A stretch of DNA of 20,855 bases from a virus (taxonomy: Duplodnaviria; Heunggongvirae; Uroviricota; Caudoviricetes), in the IMG/VR virus record IMGVR_UViG_3300042691_014730, positions 1-20,855 of that record, one strand, 5' to 3'. This document shows, one piece after another, positions 12,512-20,855 of the stretch; within the stretch, counting starts at the first letter, position 1; every line of letters starts with the position of its first letter. A program made the translations under genes and the position numbers. Under the pieces are notes generated by a model, which was given only the letters and a program-made list of their open reading frames with translations, was not told where the DNA came from and searched no databases.

Positions 12512-14563
12512 ATGGAAGATAATAAACCTGTTGCAAAAAACGATCCACTAGATCAATACTTTGCAAGAAAATCAGCTAGTGAATGCGCTCACGTTTTACT
12601 TAATAAAGGTAGAACATTCTTTAATATATTAGAAGGTAATTCTTATATATACAAAATTCAAAATATGTGGAGAGCATATTCAGGTTCATATAGTACTGAA
12701 CAAGGTGAAGGACACCAAATTTCGTTTACTGGTGAACAAGGAGAGTTGGTAAGATTGCCTGTCAATCACTTCTCTAACTTAGCTAGACACACATATAACA
12801 TGGTTACTGCCAATCGTCCTACGATGGAAGCTAGAGCAGTAAATACCGATTATAAATCTCTTTCTCAAACATATTTAGCTAATGGTATATTAGACTATTA
12901 CATGAGAGAAAAGGGATTAGAAGAAGTTTTAAATAAAGCAGTTGAGTTTGCTATTGTTTTAGGTTCAGGATATTTAAAGCTTGAGTGGAACGCTACTTCA
13001 GGGGATGCTGTAGATGTTGATCCTGAAACAGGTGAATTGCATTATACTGGAGAAATAGAGTTTAAACCTATTGATCCTTTAAACGTTATCTTTGATGGTA
13101 CAAAAGAAACTTGGGATCATGAATGGATTGTTGTTAGATCGTTTAAAAATAAATATAATCTAATGGCTAAGTTCCCAGAGTTAGCAAGTAAAATTGAACA
13201 ATTAGATACTAAAACAGCTAATTCGTTATATCGTTTATCTCTTTGGTCAAATGATGACACTGTTGATATTCCAGTATTTGAATTCTTTCATAAGAAAACA
13301 GAAGCAATGCCTGAAGGAAGGTATATGCTTTTTTGTTCAGATGATATCGTATTGTTAGATACTCCTATGCCTTATAATCAGATTCCAGTACACAGAATTG
13401 TTCCTAGAGAAATATTAGGAACATGTTATGGTTATTCTGATATGTTTGATGTTTTTCCTATTCAAGAAATGATTAATGCTACATATTCAGCAATCGCTAC
13501 TAATCAGAATGCGTTTGCTGTTCAAAATGTGTACATTCCAAGAGAAGCAGATATAAATATTACATCGATTGCTGGAGGAATGCAAGTTTTTGAAGGAAAT
13601 GCTAAACCTGAGGCTTTAAACTTAACACAAACACCCGCAGAAGTTTATAAGTTTTTGGAAGTATTAATTCAAGCAGCTGAAACGATGTCAGGGATTAACT
13701 CTGTAACAAGAGGAAGCCCTGGTGCTTCTTTGGAATCTGGTGCAGCATTAGCTTTAGTTCAATCTATGTCGTTACAATTTATTAATGGGTTACAACAAAG
13801 CTACGTTAAAATGGTAGAGTCTGTTGGAACTGGACTTATTCAAATTCTACAAGATTATGCTCATACACCAAAGTTAGTAGCTATCGTTGGTAGAAATAAT
13901 AGATCATTATTAAAAACTTTTACTGGTTCAGATATTGCAAATATTAAAAGAGTTGTAGTAGATATCGGAAATCCGTTATCTAGAACAACAGCTGGTCGTG
14001 TTCAAATGGCTGATCAGTTAGCTCAAATGAAACTATTAAAGAATCCTCAACAATATTTCCAAGTATTAAATACTGGTAGATTAGACGTATTGTTTGAAGG
14101 GGAAATGAGTGAATTATTATTAATTAAATCTGAAAACGAAAGTCTTTTATCTGGTGAAAAAGTAAATGCTTCTATATTAGATCAACATAGATCACATATC
14201 TTAGAACATAAATCTGTTATGGCTGATCCTGATTTAAGAAAAGACCCTAATTTAATTCGAAACGTTCAAGATCATATCTTAGAACATATTAATTTATTAA
14301 GAAACGGTGATCCTGATTTACTTCAGTTAATTGGTGAACAACCTCTTAATCCACCTCAAGCAGCTGGTAATCCAGAAATGCCTCCAGGTCCGATGAATAA
14401 TCAAGAAGTAATTGAAGGAAGTCCTATTCCAGATGTTCAACAGAGTCAAACTTTAGTGAATCAAGCAGACAATATACAACAAGCAAACGTTCCTGGTGTA
14501 GACCCTAGTCTATTACCTAACGCCGCAATACAAGAACAAGCACCTGGTGGAGTTAAAAAATAA
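12512..14563 (+). CDS. portal protein (P22 gp1-like) with Pro/Gln-rich C-terminal extension
   Basis: 683 aa downstream of terL; GSGYLKLEW, YGYSDMFD, PIQEMIN, SGINSVTRG, SGAALALVQ are portal-like segments. Confidence 0.88.
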   Translation: MEDNKPVAKNDPLDQYFARKSASECAHVLLNKGRTFFNILEGNSYIYKIQNMWRAYSGSYSTEQGEGHQISFTGEQGELVRLPVNHFSNLARHTYNMVTANRPTMEARAVNTDYKSLSQTYLANGILDYYMREKGLEEVLNKAVEFAIVLGSGYLKLEWNATSGDAVDVDPETGELHYTGEIEFKPIDPLNVIFDGTKETWDHEWIVVRSFKNKYNLMAKFPELASKIEQLDTKTANSLYRLSLWSNDDTVDIPVFEFFHKKTEAMPEGRYMLFCSDDIVLLDTPMPYNQIPVHRIVPREILGTCYGYSDMFDVFPIQEMINATYSAIATNQNAFAVQNVYIPREADINITSIAGGMQVFEGNAKPEALNLTQTPAEVYKFLEVLIQAAETMSGINSVTRGSPGASLESGAALALVQSMSLQFINGLQQSYVKMVESVGTGLIQILQDYAHTPKLVAIVGRNNRSLLKTFTGSDIANIKRVVVDIGNPLSRTTAGRVQMADQLAQMKLLKNPQQYFQVLNTGRLDVLFEGEMSELLLIKSENESLLSGEKVNASILDQHRSHILEHKSVMADPDLRKDPNLIRNVQDHILEHINLLRNGDPDLLQLIGEQPLNPPQAAGNPEMPPGPMNNQEVIEGSPIPDVQQSQTLVNQADNIQQANVPGVDPSLLPNAAIQEQAPGGVKK

Positions 14564-15312
14564 TGAGCAACCCTAAGTCATTGTTAGACCCTGGTCAAAT
14601 TATTCAACATGCTTATGATGAAGCTGCGCAACGAATACGTGTAGATTCTGAAGCAACTGTAGTAAATGCTGATATTGATATTCAATTAGATTCCACAGAA
14701 GATAGTGTTGCGATAGGTGATGCAGACGGTGATTTATTAGAGGTAAATCCAGACGGTTCCATTAATGTACAAGCTCCTGATGTAGAGACTAAGTTAGACG
14801 AAATAAAAACAGAAGTTCAGAATGCAGTTAATGAATTACAAGATATTAACTCTGAATTGAATAATCAAACAACTTTACTTAGTAGTTTGGACGGTAAAGA
14901 TTTCGCTACTTCTGCTAAACAAGATATAGGAAATACTTCTTTAGCCAGTATCGATTCAAAAATGAATACGTTAGGACAGAAAACAATGGCTAATTCAATG
15001 CCTGTTGTTATAGCTTCTGATCAAACTCTAAATGTTCAAACACAAAATCCAGTAGTTATTGCTGGAACTATTGATGGACAACCAAACGGAACACAATATA
15101 CAGTGGTTAATAATATTTTTGAACAAATATTAAAAACACATGATAGAGATCAAGCTTTGAGTTATGCTGATTTTGGAACAAAAGATCAAAGAATAACTCA
15201 GATAGACTATACCAGTCCAACGTTTCCTGGAGTAACTGCTAGGAAAACTATAACTTATACACTAGTTAGTGGTAAATATAGAAGAGATAATATAACAAGA
15301 ACGATTGTTTAA
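14563..15312 (+). CDS. virion structural protein, 249 aa
   Basis: Coupled to portal; GNTSLASIDSK...GQKTMANSMPVVIASDQ-type segments seen in phage tail/virion proteins. Confidence 0.6.
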   Translation: MSNPKSLLDPGQIIQHAYDEAAQRIRVDSEATVVNADIDIQLDSTEDSVAIGDADGDLLEVNPDGSINVQAPDVETKLDEIKTEVQNAVNELQDINSELNNQTTLLSSLDGKDFATSAKQDIGNTSLASIDSKMNTLGQKTMANSMPVVIASDQTLNVQTQNPVVIAGTIDGQPNGTQYTVVNNIFEQILKTHDRDQALSYADFGTKDQRITQIDYTSPTFPGVTARKTITYTLVSGKYRRDNITRTIV

Positions 15313-15321
15313 GGAGATATA

Positions 15322-17601
15322 ATGAAATTAATTAAAGCAGGATTGTTAGATGATGTAGTAGGATCGTATGATCAAACTAAAACAACAATTCAAGGTAGAG
15401 TAAGTCAAAAGACTATTAGTGGAGAGGATGTTCTGGGTCCACCACTATCTAAGTATAACGACTTCTTCACAGATACTGGATTAACTCCAGCAGGGTCTAT
15501 ATTTAAAACATCAAATAATAGAATATTTATCCCTTTCTTAGTAGTGGCTGGTACATTTGGAGTTGCTTTATATAATCACAATCCACTAACTAACGTAAAC
15601 ACATATGTGGGACAAATAAGATTTAACATGCCTAACGTAGCAGCTACTGTCCACACACTAAGAGGGTTTAAAGTATTAGACTCTGGAACTACTGGATGGA
15701 AAATATTTTTAAGCACAACTGGATCAGTTGCAAGAAACGGAGCAACATTTTTAATAAATAGCATAGACTTAGCTGATTTCGTATTTTCACCTTCAACTCT
15801 AGGATTCGCAACAGGAAATGACCAAAAAGCTGTATATTTTTTACAAGATAATTTAAGTACGGTTTCAAATTCAGTTACAGTAACTGTAGCTTCTCCTGGA
15901 AAAGTAAACTACACAGCACACCCATATCATGTAAATGATCCTATCGTTTTTATATATGGAACATTACCTACAGGATTAGCACTAAATACCACATATTATG
16001 TTAGAAATCCATCCGCTAATGATTTTGAATTATCCGCTACTGTCGGTGGAGCTTCAATCAACACAACAGGAGCAGGAGGTACTGCTCAGATTTCAGCAGT
16101 ATACTATCAAACAGCAATCGCAGCCTCTATTCTCCATATTTCTGCAAATAAACTATACGTACATAATGGTATTGCAGCTACTCATCAGTATCATGTTTAT
16201 AACACAAACGTAGCACCTACTTATTCTAAACAAACAGGATTAGTAGTTGATGATGTTACTGATACTATCGCATACACAGCACATCCGTTTCAAAACAATG
16301 ATCCTCTTCTGCTTACTGATTTAGTTGGTGGAACAGGTTTGATAAATAATGGTATATATTTTGTTAGAAATGCAACAGCTAACTCATTTCAAGTATCAAC
16401 TACGTCTGGTGGAGCAGTGGTTAATATAACAGCAGCAGGAACGGCTTCTATTGGTAGGGCTTTTGGAACAACATCTGCATTGTTCTCACACAAGACAGCT
16501 AATCTTAATGCTCTAACAGGTACTTTAATTGTACTAGATTCTGAAGATTTTGCTCAACCTCAACATAGTGCAAACTCAGGATTCGATTGTGCATTTTTTG
16601 CAACATCTACACATTTATATCTAGGTAAATTATCCGAACTAACAGCAGGAGCGACATCTTGGGCTTCTTTAATAAACGTGAATATATTAGGTACTACAAA
16701 CCAAATAACAGCAGCAACTGTTTCCGTAGCTTCATGGTCTAATGTTTTAGATTCTGCAATATATGTAACAAACGGTGCTAAATTTATAATGAAACAATTT
16801 ATAAACAACGACATTGATTACATATTCGGAGAATTAAATAATACATATTATGAGGGATTTTCTATACCAGAAACACCTCAATTAGGTCTGATTACTGTTG
16901 GAGGTCTTGATTTAGAAGACGGAGTACTATACGTTACTGGAACAACAACAGGACAAAGAGGATTCCTTACTGTCGATTTAAGATCAGACTCATCTTATGA
17001 TTATTCTTATATCGTATCTCCAGTATTGAATACTCCTAGTGCAGTATTAAAAGTCATTACTAGTGTAGAACAACTTTATTCTAGTACAGGTAATATTAAA
17101 GTTCAATATAGAACTTCTGGATTTGGTTCTATTTCTGGAGGATGGGTAAATTTACCTTCTTTTTCAGATTTAAGTGGATACGCTTCAGGAAGTCAAATAC
17201 AATTCAAAATATTATTTAATATGCACTCAGAAGAATCCTCATCTCCAGCTCAAATTTCTGAACTATATTTAGGATATGAAACAATTACTGAATCTTCTGA
17301 ACATTGGGAATTTTCTGACGATAACTCAGTTAATACTGTACCTAGTAGAATTGCATATAGGTTGAAAAACGTGTACGCTACTTCAGTACCTACTTTATAC
17401 TTCAGAGCACATGACTTAACTGATACATTGTTAACTACAAAAAATACAGTAACTAATGCTGCCGAGTTTGAATATTCTACTGATAACGGAATGACTTGGT
17501 TACCTTTAGGTACAATTCCTAACACGGTCGGTACTTTAGTAAGATACTCTTTACCTTCTGGTTTTGGAGTTGATATTAGACCTTCACTAAGAGAAGAATA
17601 A
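15322..17601 (+). CDS. large beta-rich virion/tail protein with two internal domain repeats
   Basis: AAGGAG SD; repeats YTAHPYHVNDP...TYYVRNPSANDFELSATVGG and YTAHPFQNNDP...IYFVRNATANSFQVSTTSGG. Confidence 0.7.
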   Translation: MKLIKAGLLDDVVGSYDQTKTTIQGRVSQKTISGEDVLGPPLSKYNDFFTDTGLTPAGSIFKTSNNRIFIPFLVVAGTFGVALYNHNPLTNVNTYVGQIRFNMPNVAATVHTLRGFKVLDSGTTGWKIFLSTTGSVARNGATFLINSIDLADFVFSPSTLGFATGNDQKAVYFLQDNLSTVSNSVTVTVASPGKVNYTAHPYHVNDPIVFIYGTLPTGLALNTTYYVRNPSANDFELSATVGGASINTTGAGGTAQISAVYYQTAIAASILHISANKLYVHNGIAATHQYHVYNTNVAPTYSKQTGLVVDDVTDTIAYTAHPFQNNDPLLLTDLVGGTGLINNGIYFVRNATANSFQVSTTSGGAVVNITAAGTASIGRAFGTTSALFSHKTANLNALTGTLIVLDSEDFAQPQHSANSGFDCAFFATSTHLYLGKLSELTAGATSWASLINVNILGTTNQITAATVSVASWSNVLDSAIYVTNGAKFIMKQFINNDIDYIFGELNNTYYEGFSIPETPQLGLITVGGLDLEDGVLYVTGTTTGQRGFLTVDLRSDSSYDYSYIVSPVLNTPSAVLKVITSVEQLYSSTGNIKVQYRTSGFGSISGGWVNLPSFSDLSGYASGSQIQFKILFNMHSEESSSPAQISELYLGYETITESSEHWEFSDDNSVNTVPSRIAYRLKNVYATSVPTLYFRAHDLTDTLLTTKNTVTNAAEFEYSTDNGMTWLPLGTIPNTVGTLVRYSLPSGFGVDIRPSLREE

Positions 17602-17612
17602 AAGGATAAACA

Positions 17613-18965
17613 ATGTCTGACATATTAGTAACAGACAGAGCATATATCTCAATACCAGACGCTTGTGTGGATGATCTAACTCCTCCAACATTTGCTGGAT
17701 TAGATACTCTGGATGTTGAATCAAGAGGTCAAATTAGAGCAACTTGGTTAGCAGGAACAGACACCTCTAATCCAGTTAGATATGAGATATACATTCAAGC
17801 ATCTACTAACGTAGGTTTATTTAATACAGCAAATATTGTAGCAATAACTCCAAATTTACAGTATGATATCTTTACAATGCCAGATGGCTCCTTTTTAGTT
17901 AATGGAACTACATACCATGTAGGAGTCAGAGCTATTGATGCTCTTTCAAATAGAGATGCAAATATTGTATCAGATAGCGTTATTTCAACTGGTATTTTAA
18001 CATCTATTGATGTTTATGAGTCAGAAGGTGCTTTTGCTATAAACGCATCTAATCAATTACAAGGTACATTGTGGTGTAAAAAGAACCAATCACTTGCAAC
18101 ATCATCTAATTCAACTTTAGGAACAGCATCATATCAGGTATATGATAAAGCAGGAAATGCTGTTGTTGGTTTAACTCAGTCTGGAATTGTTGCAGACGCT
18201 AATGGACAGTTTAAAATAACGGCAGTAAGTGCCTCTTCTTTATCTGAATCGTTAGAGCACTATGTTGTTAAAGTAGATATTACTGTAGACTCAGCAATTA
18301 GGTCTAATTACGTACCATTTATACAAAAAGCTCCAGACTATAACATTGAAGGAGTATTCTCTCTAGATAGCTCTGCTGACCTACAAGGAACATTTTGGAT
18401 TACAGCAAATGAAGCAATTAAAACAAGTGGACTTGGTACAGCTTCTTATACTATATACGACTCAGCAGGAAATACTGTTGTCGGTATGACAGAATCTGGA
18501 ATTACAGCAGACGCTAATGGTTTATTTCAAATAACTCCTGTAACATCCGCACTAAACCAAGAACTGTCTTTATACGCTGTAAAAGTTACTATAACAGTAG
18601 ATGGAATAACTAGAAGTGATTTCCTTCCTATAAGAGGTAAAGTACCTTCTTATGAATGTTTAGGAATCTTTTCTATTAACGCTTCTAATCAGTTTGAAGC
18701 TACTCTATGGGCAACAGCAGATGGAGAAATAAGAACTGGTGCTAGTTTAGGGACAGCATCATATACTGTTTATGATAAAAACGGAACAGCAGTAGCTGGA
18801 CTATCTGAATCAGGAATTACAGCAGATGGTAATGGAAGATTTCAAACCACAGCAGTAAGTGCAACTTTACTAACAGATTTAACACACTATACAGTAGAGA
18901 TTGAAATAGAAGTAGACGGAATTAATAGAATAAGCTATACTGGATTTACACTTTTAGGAACATAA
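17613..18965 (+). CDS. virion protein: Fn3-like domain + three tandem Ig-like repeats of about 105 aa
   Basis: PPTFAGL...W...D...RYEIY...GTTYHVGVRAID (Fn3-like); LGTASYxxYD..G..V.G...SGI.AD.NG.F motif repeated three times. Confidence 0.75.
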   Translation: MSDILVTDRAYISIPDACVDDLTPPTFAGLDTLDVESRGQIRATWLAGTDTSNPVRYEIYIQASTNVGLFNTANIVAITPNLQYDIFTMPDGSFLVNGTTYHVGVRAIDALSNRDANIVSDSVISTGILTSIDVYESEGAFAINASNQLQGTLWCKKNQSLATSSNSTLGTASYQVYDKAGNAVVGLTQSGIVADANGQFKITAVSASSLSESLEHYVVKVDITVDSAIRSNYVPFIQKAPDYNIEGVFSLDSSADLQGTFWITANEAIKTSGLGTASYTIYDSAGNTVVGMTESGITADANGLFQITPVTSALNQELSLYAVKVTITVDGITRSDFLPIRGKVPSYECLGIFSINASNQFEATLWATADGEIRTGASLGTASYTVYDKNGTAVAGLSESGITADGNGRFQTTAVSATLLTDLTHYTVEIEIEVDGINRISYTGFTLLGT

Positions 18966-19516
18966 TGGCAACAAGAAAACTAGTGGCACATCACAATACT
19001 AAACACAATCAAATCCTAAAAATGGATTCGATTTCTAGATTTATTGTGAATGATTCTCCTAAATGGCAGTTTATATTTAATGCTAATTCTGAGTTTACAA
19101 ATAGTACTCAAGTTGCTAAAGTTACTGCTGAATTTGATACAAGCAATCTAAGTAAAATTAGAGTTACAGGATACTTATATAATCCTGCTAACGGTACTGT
19201 AGACAATGCTGATTCTTGTTCTGTAAAGTTATTTAGAGTAGAGAAGCAAGTTAATCCTAGATGGAACGAAGTACTAGTAACTACTCTATCTACAACACAA
19301 GATGCAAATAGTTACTACTTTGTAGATATTGATACTAGCTCTATTACAGGTGCTAATCTAGACGGAGACACTACTTTAATGTTAGAAGCTACAATAACTA
19401 GATTAGGAAGAACTTATAGAGAAAGAGTATACGTGAATCATTTAGGAGTTTACGATAGTATTATAAGATTAAGACAAGACGTAGAATGGTTAGATATATC
19501 AAAATTAGACGAATAA
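18965..19516 (+). CDS. putative virion protein, 183 aa
   Basis: TAATG-coupled; beta-rich; structural-module context. Confidence 0.6.
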   Translation: MATRKLVAHHNTKHNQILKMDSISRFIVNDSPKWQFIFNANSEFTNSTQVAKVTAEFDTSNLSKIRVTGYLYNPANGTVDNADSCSVKLFRVEKQVNPRWNEVLVTTLSTTQDANSYYFVDIDTSSITGANLDGDTTLMLEATITRLGRTYRERVYVNHLGVYDSIIRLRQDVEWLDISKLDE

Positions 19517-19525
19517 GGATAAAAT

Positions 19526-19981
19526 ATGAGATTACATGCATTTTTAATTGATAATCAAGTAGTGAAAGTAGAATCTATTAATGAAGAACAATATATGATT
19601 CAAATTAGAGATTATCAAAATATTATTGACGTTCACGATTTATTAGTTACCCCTCAAACAGGGTGGGTTCTTAGTGGGTCTCAATTAGTTCCAGGAGTAG
19701 GACAAGCTATAGATTTACATAGTATGATAGTTGCTAAATTAACTAACTACCAAGCAGTAGCCCCATCGTTACTAAAGAACCTATATGCAACTAATACCCT
19801 AATGGGAATCACGTCTGCTCAATCAGATGCAATGTTTGACGAGTACCAAGATGTAATCATTAGACTAAGAGAAGGAGCTTTTCCTACAGCTATTTATAGA
19901 CTTCAACAAAAACAACCTTCAGGATTCGTAACTCAAGATTTAATTAACAGTTGGATTAGTCAAATACAAGCATTATTATAA
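19526..19981 (+). CDS. hypothetical protein, possible tail-fibre assembly chaperone
   Basis: AAGGA SD; AFLIDNQVVKV...GWVLSG pattern followed by a helical domain; weak assignment. Confidence 0.45.
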   Translation: MRLHAFLIDNQVVKVESINEEQYMIQIRDYQNIIDVHDLLVTPQTGWVLSGSQLVPGVGQAIDLHSMIVAKLTNYQAVAPSLLKNLYATNTLMGITSAQSDAMFDEYQDVIIRLREGAFPTAIYRLQQKQPSGFVTQDLINSWISQIQALL

Positions 19982-20478
19982 TGAGAAAGATTATTATAGG
20001 ATTTTCTAAAACAGAACATATAATGTCTAAAGCAATAATGTGCTTAGAAGATACTGATTTTTCACACGTATATTTTAATTTTTATTCAGATACATTAAAG
20101 AGAGATATAATATATCACGCTAGTTTTCATCATGGTGTTTCGTTTATAAATAAACAAAGATTTCTTGAAACATCTAAAATTATACACGAGTTTGAATTAA
20201 ATTTAACAGATGAAGAGTATATTGAGTTTATGCAATATATGATTGATAAAAGTTCAATTAAATACGGAAAGATTCAAATATTAGGAATGGCTTTATCTAG
20301 AATTCTTTCTAAATTAGACATTAAATTTAAAAATCCAATTAAGGATGGAAGTTTAACAGAGGTTTGTTCTGAATTAGTTGGTGAATATTTAAAAAAGAAA
20401 GGATTAATCGATAAATCTGTGGATTTTGAACAAGAAGGACCAGGGTATATTTACAATGCGCTTAAGAATAAAAGATAA
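19981..20478 (+). CDS. permuted papain-like NlpC/P60 enzyme (YaeF/YiiX-like)
   Basis: FSHV (His) near the N-terminus, IYHAS, Y motif, and VCSELV (Cys) near the C-terminus: the permuted His-before-Cys order. Confidence 0.8.
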   Translation: MRKIIIGFSKTEHIMSKAIMCLEDTDFSHVYFNFYSDTLKRDIIYHASFHHGVSFINKQRFLETSKIIHEFELNLTDEEYIEFMQYMIDKSSIKYGKIQILGMALSRILSKLDIKFKNPIKDGSLTEVCSELVGEYLKKKGLIDKSVDFEQEGPGYIYNALKNKR

Positions 20479-20518
20479 AAGACTACCTTCTGAAAAGAGT
20501 TCAGTTAAGCAAAATAAG

Positions 20519-20626
20519 ATGGTAAATACCAGAGGTAAGTATCATTTTTATAAAAAAATATCAACATTATTATTAATATTAAACGTTATATCTTTAATTG
20601 TAATATATAAACTAACAACTATTTAG
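20519..20626 (+). CDS. possible 35-aa membrane peptide (3' part of track ORF 20426..20626)
   Basis: MVNTRGKYHFYKKISTLLLILNVISLIVIYKLTTI; weak SD. Confidence 0.35.
   Translation: MVNTRGKYHFYKKISTLLLILNVISLIVIYKLTTI
20612..20620 (+). promoter_or_regulatory. CTAACAACT candidate late-promoter motif
   Basis: 12 nt upstream of the ATG at 20633. Confidence 0.4.
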
Positions 20627-20632
20627 GACAAT

Positions 20633-20855
20633 ATGGCAAAGCCAGCTAAAGGTAAAAGATTTGTTAAACTAGTTAAAAGTATTAACGGTAGAACACGTAA
20701 AGTATCATACGGTCAAGCAGGAAATGCTTCAGATGGTGGTGATAGAATAAGACCAGGTACAGCAAAAGGCGATGCTTATTGTGCAAGGTCTAATAAGATA
20801 AAAGGTGATTGGAGAAGTGATCCTAATTCACCGAATAATCTTTCAAGACGTAAAT
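20633..20855 (+). CDS. basic conserved viral hypothetical protein, truncated by window end
   Basis: AGGA SD; MAKPAKGKRFVK...RKVSYGQAG...AYCARS..I.G...DPNSPNNLSRRK; open to the end of the window. Confidence 0.75.
   Translation, partial: MAKPAKGKRFVKLVKSINGRTRKVSYGQAGNASDGGDRIRPGTAKGDAYCARSNKIKGDWRSDPNSPNNLSRRK

Noticed and set aside
8365-17525. Short track ORFs inside long genes (8365..8550, 11109..11312, 15576..15764, 16560..16814, 17250..17525 on minus; 15998..16213 on plus)
   Set aside because: Shadow frames of well-supported plus-strand genes; no SD or motifs.
1-20855. Stop-codon reassignment, tRNA/rRNA genes, integrase or IS elements
   Set aside because: TAA, TAG and TGA all end coupled genes normally; no cloverleaf, transposase or recombinase motifs seen.

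Overview
AT-rich window from a tailed dsDNA phage (Caudoviricetes), organised as two divergent arms. LEFT ARM (minus strand, about 1-4754): tightly coupled tiny ORFs typical of an early/accessory region, several missed by the ORF track, plus a minimal ATP-dependent DNA ligase that closely resembles the Chlorella-virus (PBCV-1) ligase, including its latch hairpin. The 5' part of this arm (3290-4510) carries three co-oriented hammerhead ribozymes (one type II, two type III), each just upstream of a translation start. A densely base-paired RNA of about 290 nt that I cannot assign lies between two of them. This ribozyme-punctuated early transcript is the most striking system here. DIVERGENCE ZONE (about 4760-6200): 23-bp-period repeats, an alternating purine/pyrimidine tract with a G-run, a degenerate GIY-YIG-like ORF, a second 22-23-bp repeat array and a near-consensus sigma70 promoter. 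RIGHT ARM (plus strand): small ORFs (HExxH protein, Zn ribbon, winged HTH), M15 endolysin, holin-like protein, putative TerS, TerL, a signal-anchored trypsin-like protease, portal, repeat-containing virion proteins and a permuted NlpC/P60 enzyme. A recurrent TAACAACT motif at gene junctions is a candidate late promoter. All family assignments come from motif recognition by eye; no database searches or folding programs were run.
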